Shown: positions 11,696 to 24,431 of the stretch, piece after piece
Position numbering within the stretch: the stretch's first letter is position 1
Layout: each line of letters starts with the position of its first letter
From: Rhizodiscina lignyota
Taxonomy: Eukaryota
Direction: 5' to 3'
Assembly: GCA_010015805.1 (NCBI GenBank)
Contig: ML978122.1
Span: 1,894,453-1,958,452 of the forward strand
DNA length: 64,000 nucleotides
Translations under genes and position numbers: made by a program
The notes under the pieces: model-generated
Seen by the model: only the letters and a program-made list of their open reading frames with translations
Told to the model about the DNA's origin: nothing
Database searches by the model: none

Positions 11696-14044
11696 ATGGA
11701 GCACCTCATGCCTCAGGGCCGCCCAGCACCTATCACAGTGCCATACCTTCTTCCCGACGACTTTTCGTGGGACAGCGGAGACTTTGAAACGTACCCCGAG
11801 CGAAATGGATGGGACTTCACGTTATGGCGATCTCGATCTTTGGAGGCTGAAATTTGGTTCTCGGAATGGTTGAAGAGCAGCGAGAAAACAATAGACGAGC
11901 TGGCTGCATTCTTGCAAGCCTGGCTCTTTTTCGGCTACCTTAACATGAGCTTCCAGGGCAAAGTGCACTTAGAAGACTTCGTGCGCACAGCTGAGAGCAG
12001 CGCGAGTAAATGGATCACGACTTCAAATCTAAGCACATATGTCGAGGATCGCATATATTATATGAAAACGGACCCTCCGACGCAAATGAGAGATTCTGTA
12101 TTCGAGATGCTGCGCGCAGCTAGGAGAACTGTCGAGCACATTATGCCCGTTATGTATATGGCATACCCGGAGAGGTCATCGAAATTCGAGCTACTTCTCG
12201 CTGTGGGATTCAGCATCTCCCTCCTAGTACGCGCTATGGATGAGATTGGATTTGCCTTAAGAGGTGACGCTCTTCCTTACAGCAGTGACATATCTCTCTT
12301 GCTTGAACAGCGGATGCTGTCGGAGGGCTGGTGTCCTTATACCATTGCTCACTTACTAAACCAATCTTTGGATACCGGTGTATATGCGTATGCTCTTGGA
12401 ACGACACGAACGAATCAAGATCACATGGCTTGCTCAGCAGAGGCGTGTACAGCATATCAGACTGGAGACAATTTTGAAGCTGCACATGTTCTGTCCGGCT
12501 GCGACTGCAGGATGGTCGGTCCTCAGATGGACGAGATAATCCGGATTCTGGAAGAAGGAGATATTCCAATTATTCAAATTAACTACATGCAAAAGGGCAT
12601 GACTCGGTCAGCCTTCTTCAACGTCCGGAAATCACAGTCACTGAATGATTACATCGCTATTTCTCACGTCTGGGCAGACGGTTTGGGCAATATGCGGGAA
12701 AACTCCATTCCTCAATGCCAACTAGACCTCCTTCATCACGCTCTTACTGATGCCGAAGAGGAGGATCAGACCTGCACGTGGTTCTGGCTGGATACTCTTT
12801 GTATCCCGGCGGACGAGAAGTTCCAACATCTGCGAGACTTTTCAATAAGCAGGATGCACAACATTTACAAACGCTCCTTAGGCGTACTGGTCATAGACCG
12901 CGATCTGAACCTCTCATCGAAATCTTCCGGCTTCTGTGAGATAGCGACGCGGGTGGCCTTCAGTGCATGGGCATCGAGGCTATGGACGTATCAAGAAGGC
13001 AGCCTTCCGCCTCGGCTATTCGTGCGCGTACAGGATGGGAAAGTCGATCTCTGGAACTTGTACTTGTCAGAATTTCAACAAGACTCATTGAGTGCGCTGG
13101 AATCCAAGCTTTTAAGAACGGTGTCGAGGAGAATGCGCGAGACTGTGCCTGAACGTAGTGCAGAGGACTCATCGTTCGAACTGTCCGCTCAAGGCTCTAT
13201 AAGAGCCATGCGAGGGCGCATCACCAGCCGCTGGAATGACGAGACGATTTGTATTGCGACTTCGTTAGGATTAGATCCGACACCTCTGCTGACCTGCGGC
13301 TCGCATGAAGACCGCATGATCAAAATGCTGAAGATATTACCCCATATACCCCTAAATATACTGTTTTCGGACGTAAGAGAGCATGAATATCTGGCGCACG
13401 AAGGATTCAGATGGGCCCCGAAAAGTTTGCTCAGTGCTCAAGGCGGAGTCGGCCGCATAATAGATGAACACATATCACGAAGGCAGGGCAAGAATTACAC
13501 AAGGCCTCCTGCTCACCTGCATCCCGAAGAGAAAGGAATTATGGCTTACCTACCCGCGGTTTGGCTCTCTATGGCCGACCTTTCAAAGGGAATATGGCTA
13601 GTCAAGCTTGATGACGGGCGATGTCTTCGCCACAGCTTTCGTCGTCACCCTGGCAATAGCAGGTCAGAGAATCGACTGTCGAACGCTGTTCTCCTGCTTC
13701 ACGCCCCTTTGGATACTGTGGATCAAACCGGTAATGAGCTGTCTGGCTTTAACACTTTAGTCGTAGCGCGGCAGGATGGGCTGGCCCAAGCTGGAGACGT
13801 CAATTCAAGGTTGTCCCAACCTCGGGGCGAATCATTCCTTCGTGGTCGTGTAATTGCACATGGTCTTTTGATGAAGGAGATGATAAATGTCGCGAGAAAT
13901 TTCATACGGTTTGAAACCCAAGGCCATGCAATGGAACCGCAGTGGTGGCTACTTGATGGAATGCGGAATGGAGTACCTGGTGGAGCGCTTGGAATGGAGT
14001 CTGGCGCTGCTGGCAGAGAGAGAAGGGAGCGTCTCAAGAGTTGA
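11696..14044 (+). CDS. HET-domain (heterokaryon incompatibility, TIR-related) protein, 782 aa, single exon
   Basis: HET signature blocks YIAISHVWADGLGN, WFWLDTLCIP, RMHNIYKRS.GVLVID and WASRLWTYQEG at about 12650-13000. N-terminal LQAWLFFG and GWCP motifs typical of this HET subfamily. Confidence 0.9.
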   Translation: MEHLMPQGRPAPITVPYLLPDDFSWDSGDFETYPERNGWDFTLWRSRSLEAEIWFSEWLKSSEKTIDELAAFLQAWLFFGYLNMSFQGKVHLEDFVRTAESSASKWITTSNLSTYVEDRIYYMKTDPPTQMRDSVFEMLRAARRTVEHIMPVMYMAYPERSSKFELLLAVGFSISLLVRAMDEIGFALRGDALPYSSDISLLLEQRMLSEGWCPYTIAHLLNQSLDTGVYAYALGTTRTNQDHMACSAEACTAYQTGDNFEAAHVLSGCDCRMVGPQMDEIIRILEEGDIPIIQINYMQKGMTRSAFFNVRKSQSLNDYIAISHVWADGLGNMRENSIPQCQLDLLHHALTDAEEEDQTCTWFWLDTLCIPADEKFQHLRDFSISRMHNIYKRSLGVLVIDRDLNLSSKSSGFCEIATRVAFSAWASRLWTYQEGSLPPRLFVRVQDGKVDLWNLYLSEFQQDSLSALESKLLRTVSRRMRETVPERSAEDSSFELSAQGSIRAMRGRITSRWNDETICIATSLGLDPTPLLTCGSHEDRMIKMLKILPHIPLNILFSDVREHEYLAHEGFRWAPKSLLSAQGGVGRIIDEHISRRQGKNYTRPPAHLHPEEKGIMAYLPAVWLSMADLSKGIWLVKLDDGRCLRHSFRRHPGNSRSENRLSNAVLLLHAPLDTVDQTGNELSGFNTLVVARQDGLAQAGDVNSRLSQPRGESFLRGRVIAHGLLMKEMINVARNFIRFETQGHAMEPQWWLLDGMRNGVPGGALGMESGAAGRERRERLKS

Positions 14045-14244
14045 ATTGGTCAGGGCCAGCACTTCGTCTAACGCTTTATCTGGCCTCTACAAGAGGGTGG
14101 CATCTTTCCGGCGTAGACTTCGGATTATGCGTCGCCCAAATCAAGACGCAGAGCCAAGTCAAGGGATCCCGCGACAATGTTCAGAATGAAGTGAGATATG
14201 GTCTCTTCTGGGCACCTAATTACAATGGGATTCAGATAAAGCTT

Positions 14245-15951
14245 CTATGAGCCCTGCAATGGCTGTCCCATCCCTCCCAGGGTGACCATCTTTGTGATCA
14301 GATACTCATCAACACCATACTTGCTTCCCTCTCTACCAAATCCAGACCATTTCACACCTCCAAATGGCGCGGCTGGGTCGCTGATCAAGCCTGTATTCAC
14401 GCCCACCATACCCACATCCATCGCCTCCGCAACCCGATAGCACCTCTGCAAATCCTTCGAGAAGAAGTACCCTGCCAACCCAACCTCCGCGTCATTCGCC
14501 ATCTTCACAACCTCAGCCTCCGTCTCGAACGGGAACAGACCCGCCACAGGTCCAAACGTCTCCTCGTGCGCGAGCTTCATCTTGTTGCTCATGTCGCGGA
14601 TGACGGTGGGCTGGAAGAAATTCGAGCCCAGATCCGGCATCGCCTGTCCACCAATGAGCACCTTTCCACCCTGCGCCTCTGCATCCTTAACATGGCTCTC
14701 GACCTTGCTGATTGCGCGGTCATGGATGAGTGGGCCGTGCGTGACGCCTTCCTCGAAGCCCGCGCCGACCTTGAATTCGCGCACCTTCTCAACAAACGCG
14801 TTCGCAAAGTCGTCGTAGATGCCTTTCTGAATGTAGATTCTGTTCGCGCAGACACACGTTTGGCCACTAGAGCGGAACTTGCTGGCGATAGCGCCGGCAA
14901 CGGCTGTATCGAGGTCTGCGTCGTCGAATACGATGAATGGTGCGTTGCCGCCCAGCTCGAAAGACAACTTCTTCAGCGTGTCGGCAGACTGGCGCATGAG
15001 AAGCTTACCGACACCTGTGGAGCCAGTGAAGGAGACTTTGCGCACCGTATCAGACGACGTGATTGCTTCACCAACTTGGGGGGTATTCTTGAGAGCAGTG
15101 ACAACGTTGACGACGCCCTTTGGGATGCCAGCCCTGTGAGCTAGTTCCACTATCGCAGCAGCAGTAAGTGGGGTTTCACCAGGAGATTTGGCGACGACCG
15201 TGCAGCCAGCCGCGAGAGCGGGACCAATCTTTCTAGTTATCATGGCTGCTGGGAAGTTCCAGGGGGTGATGAGGCCGCATACACCGACGGGCTCCTTAAG
15301 TGTGAAAACTCGATTTCCCGGTATAGATGCTGGGATGGTGTCGCCATATACACGCGGCGCTTCTTCCGCAAACCACTCGAAAAAGTTCGCAGCATATGTC
15401 ACCTCGCCCTTCGCGTCTGCTGTGGGCTTGCCATTCTCCAGTGTTATGAGCAGCGCCAGGTCGTCGATGTTGTCCATCATCAGGCCGTGCCATTTTCTTA
15501 ACAACCTGCTCCTTTCTCGGCCGGTCATCTTGCGGAAGGATGGGAGGGCTGCGGCGGCGGCGGCGATCGCATCCTCGGTGTCTTCGGGGGAGAACTCAGG
15601 CATGGTACCGATGACCTTGCCCGTTGCTGGGTCTGTGGAGGATCATTGAGTGAGTTACGGCTCGATAGGTTCGTGAAGAGTGCTTGCATGAGGCGTACCA
15701 GTGACCTCAAAGGTCTGCCCTGACTTTGCATTTACCCACTCGCCATTGACGTAGGCTTGAGATTTGAGGAGGGACTTGTCTTTAAGCTATGTGAAGCTGT
15801 TAGCGACGGATGTCGATTGAAGCTCGAGCTAAGGTACCTCTGGCAGGCCCATTGCTGCGTATGATCTTCTCGTGAGTCTAGGTATAGATGATTTTTGGAA
15901 TTGAGGTCGAATGGCAGCTCTGGAGCTGAGGATACGTAGGAATGGCTTCAT
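14245..15951 (-). CDS. UGA2: Succinate-semialdehyde dehydrogenase (ALDH5, GABA shunt) with N-terminal presequence
   Basis: ATG 15951. Introns 15837-15787 and 15698-15633 give MKPFLRILSSR...MGLPE-LKDKSLLKSQAYVNGEW...EVT-DPATGKVIGTMPEF. Motifs ITPWNFP, SFTGSTGVG, ELGGNAP, SGQTCVCANR, EETFGP. Confidence 0.95.
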
Positions 15952-16701
15952 CCTGAATTATCTGGGGATCATGGATGGTTTATATTCTGGTAAAAGTGGA
16001 ATTCGCCACTGCTGCTACAGCTCAACACTCATGTGGTGACACAGCAATTGGAGGGCTTAAACCCGCAACGAGTGGCCGCTATATGCGGGGGTAGGCGAAG
16101 GTGACGAACTGTTGTCGGGAGTGCTATGAAGGTGCGCTGCATCATGTTGTAGTATGTAATCCGTAAACATGACGTTGGTGGGGCATTAAGGAGATCTACG
16201 CCTAAGCCCTTTCTGGAGACTCGAAGCATTAATTACGAGATTACAGTTTATATATTCTGGATATTCGTTTTGTACGCTCTCTATATAGACAAATTGAAGC
16301 CGAGATTATATTGTAAAATGCTTGAAAGTTGCGTTAAGAGATCGAACAGTCAAAAGTAGATCAGTATTATACGTTAGACAAAGGTTCAACTTGAATTTGC
16401 TCAACAGGAGAGTTTCTAGCGCGACAGGAAGCTCTGTATTTCAAAGTTAGAAAATTACGGCATCGTATGAGGACCCCTGAAGACGCACGTAGAAAGCTTA
16501 AGAATGTGTGGCGGCGGGGCAAATGTCGGTTCGGTCGCTACCTGCGGAGTACTCACGGGATCGACTCCCGCATTTGTGAGCAGAACTCTTCACTTCGTAC
16601 AAAACCTCCATACCTTCTGATATCGACATTCGACAAGAGCTATAGTCGCCGGCTTTAACCTATCCCGCCCTTATACGTCTTCCGCAAAATCCTCGCTGAA
16701 C

Positions 16702-17296
16702 ATGTCGCTAGAAGGGCCCGCGGGCACACTGCTCAACCCGGAGCAAGCCGATAACTTCGAGGACATTGAGAAGCAGTTCGCAGTCAAAGCGGTCCAGCAG
16801 ATGATGACATATTGGGGCATACTGGAGAAAGCCCGGGGCTCCAACCTGCGCCTAACAAAGATCGACGATGAGATCTACGAGCATTTCAAGAAGGAGTTTC
16901 CAGATTGGGATCCTACCGCTACTATCAATGAGGACGACATGAAGAGCCCCAAGGGAAAGGAGAGGTGGAGGAATTTCGTCAACGAATATGAGAAGAAGGT
17001 GGATGATTTCAACTTTGGCACGATGTTAAGAAACAACCCGAAGGCGGAATACAGCGAGGAGGATACAATATTTGGTAGGTGGTATGCTCTAAGGCTGTAG
17101 AGGATATAGCTGACTGTTGCGTAGCTGTTCGGATGCAGTTCTACGCCATCGAGATACAAAGGTAAGTTCTTCTCACTCTTGAATTAATGTCGTAGCTGAC
17201 CGCAGCTGCAGAAACCGTGAAGGTCTCAACGACTGGATATACGAGAAGAACCATCCCGAAGAAGCGAACCAACCTGAAGCGGCAAAGAAAGATTGA
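16702..17296 (+). CDS. PBDC1: PBDC1/YPL225W (Chp1)-family protein (eEF1A biogenesis chaperone family)
   Basis: ADNFEDIEKQFAVKAV...LRLTKIDDEIYEHF...KGKERWRNF...DFNFGTMLR. Introns 17075-17124 and 17162-17211 give TIF-AVRMQFYAIEIQR-NREGLNDWIY. Stop at 17294-17296. Confidence 0.9.
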
Positions 17297-17818
17297 GATA
17301 TCAGCACGTAACCAAAACTCAAACAAAGAATCGCATCGCAGAGCCGAGGCATCGTCATACTGAGAAGACATGTGCGCATACCATGCTCCAGGACGAAGAA
17401 TCCGCCAGCGTCCCCACACCAAGACTGGATGGTAGAGAAATACCACTGCTATGAGAGGGTGGGGAGGCGATTGATATTGGTGGAATAATGAGGAGCTCAT
17501 AGGCCAAATGCGCGTAGATATCCAGGGTAATGGTCTGCATTCGGCAAAGAGAACAATAGGAAGGATAAAGCCAATCCCTTGCTTTGAGGACAGATGCAAC
17601 CACACAATTAGGTACATTTCTAATCTGATGTCATCCCCGTTTCAGCTCTCCTCTTCTTCATCCAGAACATATTATATGATAGACTGTTCATTTTCACATC
17701 ACACACGGCGCGGGAACTCGTGCGTCATTTCGTCATCTGAACCGTCTGCGGCGCATTAAAACAACAACAATGCGAGACCTTTACACCATCAAGTTCCTCC
17801 AAACTTTCGTGTGGCGCG

Positions 17819-20800
17819 ATGGGCCCATCCAGCGACGGCGACCGTAGATTTAATGCAGAACCAGCTGAAAATGATACCGCTAAAAGCGAAACCGCAAATG
17901 AATACTCGTCGAAATCTCCGTGGAAGTCGCTGTTCAACTTCACAAAGAAAAAGCATCTTCCGCTCGCCTTACCCTCTGTTCTCTTCGCCGTTGCCTCCGG
18001 ATGCGTCATTCCAGGAGAAGCATTTCTGCTTGGGAAAATATTTAACAGCTTCGCGCAATATGGGGCTGGCCAAATCACTAAAACGGCGTTCATTCAAACC
18101 GTCAATAGGTATTGTCTATACCTTGCCTTCCTTGGGGTCGGCTCCTGGTTCCTCTACGCTGGCTTCTACTCAACATGGACTGCGTTCGGCGCGCTTCAAG
18201 CAGGAGGTGCACGAGAGATGCTGTTCCACGGCATGTTGCAAAGAGAGTTGTCGTGGTTTGACCTGAGAAAGCATGGTGTTGGTGCCTTGCTTGCTCGTCT
18301 CAATGGGTACATCATTCCATCTTCATCAAAATAAACTCCCGCTGACATATACTAGGTACATGACGGAGTTCCAACTGGCCACCTCCACCCCTCTTGGCCT
18401 CACAATCGAATACATCACGACAACAGTCGCTTGCTTTGTCCTCTCTATGTACTTTTCGTGGGATCTCACGCTAGTCACCATCTCCACCGTACCTTTGGCC
18501 GCCATCGCAGTCGCATTCTTCAGTCGGCGCATTCAACCGAATATCGACGCCCAGGCAGAACGCCTCGGGGAGGCTGCTAAGCACACCACCAATGCATTCA
18601 ACAGCATCGAGTGCGTCAAGTGCTTCAACGGTCAGGATATGGAGTTGTGGAAATACGTTGCGGTCATGGGCGAGGCCGCAAAATTCTATGCGAGGCAGAT
18701 CTACTGGAATAGCGCACAAGGAGCGTTCTTGCGGCTCACGACCCTCGGAATGTTTGTGCAAGGGTTCTGGTACGGAAGCAGTTTGGTAAGCAGAGGAAAG
18801 AGAGAGCCAGGCGCCGTGCTGACGACATTTTGGGCTGCCATGCTTGCGACGCAGGCTTGTATGGCAATCATGCCGTTGATGATCGTACTTGAGAAAGGCA
18901 GGATGGCGGGCGCAAAATTGAGGGCAGTCATTGCAGAGATGGAGAAGGAGGAGAGACGTCAAGGAAGGGAGATTGGTTTGATAGACATGACTAAGACATG
19001 TCGCGGTGATCTGGTGCTGAGAAATGTGACTTTTGCATATCCAGCGAGACCAAAGCAGCAAGTGCTGAAGAATGTCAGCATGAGCTTCCCAGCTGGCAGA
19101 CTGACATTTGTGATTGGCAAGAGTGGTAGCGGCAAGAGCACGATAGGCCAGTTGCTGATGCGATTCTATAAACCCTCAGAAGGCGAGATCGAGCTGGATG
19201 GAAGAGAGCTTCAGACGTTACATCCAACATGGATTCGAGACAACGTCATGCTTGTGGAGCAGACCAGCGTCTTGTTCGAGGAGACGGTATCCCGCAACAT
19301 CGCTTTCGGCAGCAGAGATTACGACAATGTCAAGGATGCGGATGTCTGCGCCGCTGCAAGCTTCGCGTTGCTTGACGTAATGATAAAAAATATGTCGAAG
19401 GGGTACAATACGATGATCGGAGCGAAGGGCAGTACACTTAGTGGAGGCCAAAGACAACGTATGGCGTTAGCCCGAGCGCGCATTCGTGACCCACAAATCA
19501 TCATTCTGGACGAGTCTACGAGCGCTCTGGACTACATCAACAGGACGCTAATCATGGACGCAATTCGGAAATGGCGAAGAGGCAAGACGACGATTATCAT
19601 CACGCATGATATCTCGCAAATCCTACCTGACGACTATGTTTATATCCTCAAGCAGGGAGAAGTCGTCCAGCAAGGTCCCCGAAAGTCTATGGCTGCCGTC
19701 GCCGGATCACCATTTCAAGCATTTCTTGCCGACATGGAGGAGGAAGCTAAAAGACAAAGCCAATTGAGTCCTCTAGATGCAATCAAGGTGCTGCCATTCG
19801 ATTCAAATCAGCAGTCACACCCAGCCTCTATCATCTCGGCTGTTCATGATTCGCCTCCATCGTCTCCAGATACGGAGTACAGCCTCCAAGATCCTCTGGA
19901 CAAGTACCTCTCCACCAGAGGGTTGACTACCAGTCGATTTATACCCTCCGTCTTCACTAATCGATATGGCACATCCGCGCAACGAGACTCGATGCGTTTG
20001 CCTCCTATCGTGTCGCCCTTTTGGAGAGTGACGCCTGCGTCTGCGCCTCTAGAGCCGACATCCAACAATCGACAAAATGCCATATTTGATTCAACTGCAG
20101 AGATGCTGGGCTTTGATAAGGAAGTCGAGACTATGCTCAGGCCAGCAAAGGGCATGCTGGAACGAGCGGGCCAAAGAGCTAGAGATTCTCGGAGGCTGTC
20201 GACTATATCTGATCGGTCTCATTTGAGACATTCAATGCCACAATCACTGTATCGCCTCAGCAGTATGAGGAAGAATGACGCGTACGAGATGATGGAGGAT
20301 CCTGAGACCCCAATAACAGTAGTGGACGTAGAGGAGAACGTTGAAGAGGTCAAACAAAAGAAGGAAGAAGTTAAGACTCTGAAACTTCGACCTATCTTCG
20401 CAACAATATGGCCTTGTCTGGAATGGTCGAGCCGCATATGGCTCACTACTGGCTTCTTCTGGCTCGTCGTGTATGCCATTTCGACTCCGATATTCTCTTT
20501 TGTCTTCTCTAAGCTACTTTCGACCTTTTATCTGCCGCAGAATAGAGCGCATCTCGCGATGGTGTACTCATTGGCGACGCTTGGTATCGCAATTACGGAT
20601 TCGTTCGCCTCTTTCATATACACCTCGCAGTTGCAGATTATGGGCCAAGTTTGGGTCAACAAAATCCGTGTCGAGGGTCTTCGAAGGATCCTGGAGCAGC
20701 CGCGACAGTTCTTCAATGAAGCCGGTAACGATGTCTCAAGACTTGCGGAATGTCTCGACTCCCGAGGTGAAGTGATGCAGTCGCTCCTTGGCCGCTTTCT

Positions 20801-22337
20801 TCCCGCTGTGGTCCTCGCTGGTGTTATGCTATCCGTTTCGGTCGTATGGAGTCTGGTAGCATGTTGGAAGCTCACGCTTGTCGGACTTGCTACTACTCCT
20901 ATACTTTACATGATCACAGCCGCCTTTGAGGCCGTGCAGCGTAAAATGGACGAAATATGTCAAGACGAGGTTGAAACTGTATCCGCGATCTTTACGGAAA
21001 CATTCACGGCTATCAAAACCGTCAAGTCGCTCACGCTGGAAGGCTACTTTCGCAGCAAATTCGACGCTGCGAATTTTAAATGCAACAAAATGGGCGTCAA
21101 GCGAGCAATCTACACCAGCCTATTATTCGGGCTAGCCGAGTCTTCCATGGTCTTTGTTACGGCACTTCTGTTCTACTACGGCGGCGTCCTCGTCTCCAAT
21201 CATGAATTTCCGATCACGTCGATTATCACCACGTTCACTGAGTTACTCTTCGGATTTTCGGGTGTCCAGGCCATTCTAGGCTTCATCCCACAGATGAGCA
21301 TGGCGCGTGACGCTGCGTCACGCCTTCTCCGCCTCGCCCGCCTTCCTGAGATATCCCATGAGCACGAAGGGAACACGCGTGTCACATCAGTTGGTGGCAT
21401 TCACCTGAATGATCTCAATTTCCGCTATCCAGCTCGTCCCGACCAACGCATCCTGCATGACCTAACCCTCGCTATCCCTAGCGGCAGCTGCGTTGCACTT
21501 GTCGGCTCCTCCGGCTCGGGCAAGTCGACCATCGCATCTCTCCTGCTGAACCTCTACCCTACCGAGCCGCGCATGTTCACACACACCCCCGAAATTACAC
21601 TATCAGGTCGCGACATGAAACACATCCACACGCAGACGCTGAGAAACCTCATCACCATTGTCAGTCAGACACCATTCCTCTTCCCGGCTTCAATAGAAGA
21701 GAACATTGCATACGGCTTGCGTAAATCCTCGCCATACAATAACACGCCGTCCATTCGCGCTGCGGCAGTCGCTGCTGGCGTCGACGACTTCATTATGTCG
21801 CTCCCACAAGGCTATTCGACCGTAGTCGGTGAGGGCGGCATGGGCGTGTCCGGTGGTCAGGCGCAGCGCATCTCGATCGCACGAGCGCTCGTGAGAAATC
21901 CGAACGTCCTAATCCTCGACGAAGCGACTTCTGCGTTAGACGTCGAGTCCGCAGCCATTGTGCGAGAATCCATCAACGCGCTGATCGCTGCAGATCGAGA
22001 GAGAGTGAGGAGCATGCGATCGGCGGCGGACACGATTTCAAGCGCCAACAGTAGGGCAAGAACGTCGGACGCGCTGACGGTCATTATCATCACACATGGC
22101 AAGGAGATGATGAAGATGGCGGATAAGGTTATTATGCTGGAGCGCGGGAGGCTGGTGGAGCAGGGCGGGTATGAGGAGTTGCTAAAGAAGAGGGGCCTAT
22201 TTTATCGGCTTGTGAATGGAGAGGATTGGAGTAAAGAGAGTGAGAAGATTAAGAGGAGGAGTATGCGGTTGATGGAGGGTGTTCCAGGTGTGACATCGCC
22301 AATGATACCGAATGTCCCACGAGTTCCACGTCAGTGA
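17819..22337 (+). CDS. STE6: Full-length ABCB transporter, Ste6/Hst6-like lipopeptide pheromone exporter
   Basis: TMD-NBD-TMD-NBD layout. Intron 18307-18355 joins the two ORFs. NBD1 has GKSGSGKS/LSGGQ/IIILDE/ITH and NBD2 has GSSGSGKS/VSGGQ/LILDE/ITH. N-terminal WKSLFNFT..KH and the long S/P-rich linker resemble fungal Ste6. ABCB is certain; Ste6 orthology is inferred. Confidence 0.8.
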
Positions 22338-22442
22338 GCTGGGAAACGAAACGTTGAAAAAGGATTGTGAATTTTGTTTCTTGTACATGTATATCAAATG
22401 CGTTTCCTTAGTTTAGTAGTTAATGCCAGTGCACTACTATCA

Positions 22443-24431
22443 TTAAGCATCCACTTTCTCATCTCTCTCAAGCACCTGATTTTCTTTCCTCAATGTCGTT
22501 GCTACCTGCTTCGTCAACAAGTGGTCCACGTCGGGCATAACCAAGCACGCAATTATCCCAATGGCAGACCATGCAATGGTGGAAAGGAACACAACCCGAT
22601 ACGCGCTAGCATTTGCTTCCTGATATGCTCTAGTCCCGACAGCGAGTATATTCGAAGTGAGGCCTTGCACATCGGTCATGTTCCCTGTCCCACCCAACGC
22701 AGCAATAAAGCTAGCGACGCTTGATGCTGGAAGGCCGACGCCCTCGACTGCAGTGGTGACACGAGGTGCGACTTTCTGTGCCAGCTGGGAGTTGAGAGTG
22801 ACAGTGTACACTGTTGACGCGATGCTTGAAATGAGGAAGCGAATGCTACCTGCAATTCCGGAAGCGCTGCCAAGCTGGTTCTGCTCTTTGGCAGTGAGGG
22901 TGACCACGGTGATGGAGAGGGATTCAGCCCAGCCAAGAGCGAAGACACCGATCGCGACGAAAGCAGAGGCGCGCCCCTTCGTATCAGGTGTACAAGTTGC
23001 AACACCTACAGAGACGACGTTAGCAAACAATCTCTAGTCACAAGACACACACTTACAGGCAAAGAAGATAGCTCCAACACAAATGGCAGTAAAAATCTGC
23101 CATTTGATGTGTTTGATGGACTTGGCGATGAATCCGCCGACAATCTCGCCCATGACGATCAGCAGTCCCACAAGAGCGGCAAGCCACGCAGCAGAGAGGG
23201 GATGCGCAGAGTCGGAGTACAAGATCGCAACCATCTGGGGCCAGACAATGGCGAAAGCATAATAAATGCTCGCACCGAGGCCAGAGACGATCGTTGCCGC
23301 AATCCAGCCTCGGTTACGGAATACCCGCATAGGAACCAATGGCTCATTAAGGGGCATGAAAGTCTCCCAGAGCACGAAGGCAACAAGTGAGACGAAGCCG
23401 ACGACAATTGTAGCGATAACCCAGGAAGACTTCCATGGGTGGACCGAACCTCCCCAGTTGAGACCCATAAGAAGGATGAGCTGCAATAGTCAGCAAAATA
23501 CAGTGGTCATGGGCTACTCTATCTGCTCACCAGACCTCCTGTGTACAGCACTGTCCCAACATAGTCGAATTCTTTGACGAATTTAATCTTCCTCTCATTT
23601 CCATGCTTCATATGAAAGGTAGGCGGGTGATAAAAGAAGAACCAGCAGGCTAGCGCGACCGCATTGACGCTGATCAGAACATAGTAGCATCCTCGCCAGG
23701 AGATCTTCGGCTGATAGAGAATAAAGGCATTCGCGACAACTGGAGCGATACCAGAACCCGGGATCTGGGACACGTAGACCAGCGCGTTTCCGGCAAGGCG
23801 ATATCTCATCGGAACCAGCTCGCCCATCACCCAGTAGTAGGAGAGCTGAGTTGATGCGGCGACGCCAATGATCGTGGTACCGCCGATCAGACTTGGTATG
23901 TTCTGCGCAGTAGCACAAACTATACTGCCAATGAGACCGAGAGCAGCACCACCGACGTAGATCCAGCGTCGACCGAATATGTCAGACACTCGGCCGACAA
24001 GTGTAAGACACACGGCGGAAGTAAGAGTATACTGAATATTATGAGTATGTTGCTCGAACGTATATGTGCAAGATCCCTTACCGAAAGCGCAACCCAAACA
24101 ACGTTAGGATCCTGAACTTGGTCAGTCTCGAGTTCAAACCGCACATAATATTCAGTATGCGTACAGGTCCAATATCGGCGTTGATCACAGCCAGAATTGG
24201 TGCTGCATATGCGAAGCCAGAGACGCCTGCAAAGAGGCCAAGGCAGATGGCTGTCATGGAACCAATGAAGAATGAAGACGTGAAGTATCCACGAGGTACA
24301 TGTTCCTCGTCGGTCTCGAAGCCATGGACCTCATTGTCATCTGTGATTCTCGTCGTATCGTCGTAGCCCTCCCTTTCAGACCCCGCTGCTTCAATTTGAT
24401 CCCCTCCCATTTTGATGTCGTTGCTGGACAT
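22443..24431 (-). CDS. 14-TM MFS efflux pump, Tri12 (fungal trichothecene efflux pump)-like family
   Basis: Five exons with introns 24164-24112, 24081-24032, 23530-23481 and 23056-23006. Spliced motifs APILAVINADIGP-DPNVVWVALS-YTLT...VGRVSDIFGRRW, GELVPMRYR, FYHPPTFHMKH, LMGLNWGGSVHPWKS. Confidence 0.85.

Noticed and set aside
14566..15649. Long plus-strand ORFs antisense to SSADH
   Set aside because: Codon-bias shadows of the well-supported minus-strand gene.
16029..16229. Short ORF ending CCVTT as a possible CAAX pheromone precursor near STE6
   Set aside because: CVTT is a poor CAAX match, there are no repeated pheromone units, and it lies in the SSADH promoter.
18273..18355. ORF-track start of the 1354-aa ABC protein
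   Set aside because: The translated N-terminus runs through intron 18307-18355. The true start is upstream at 17819.
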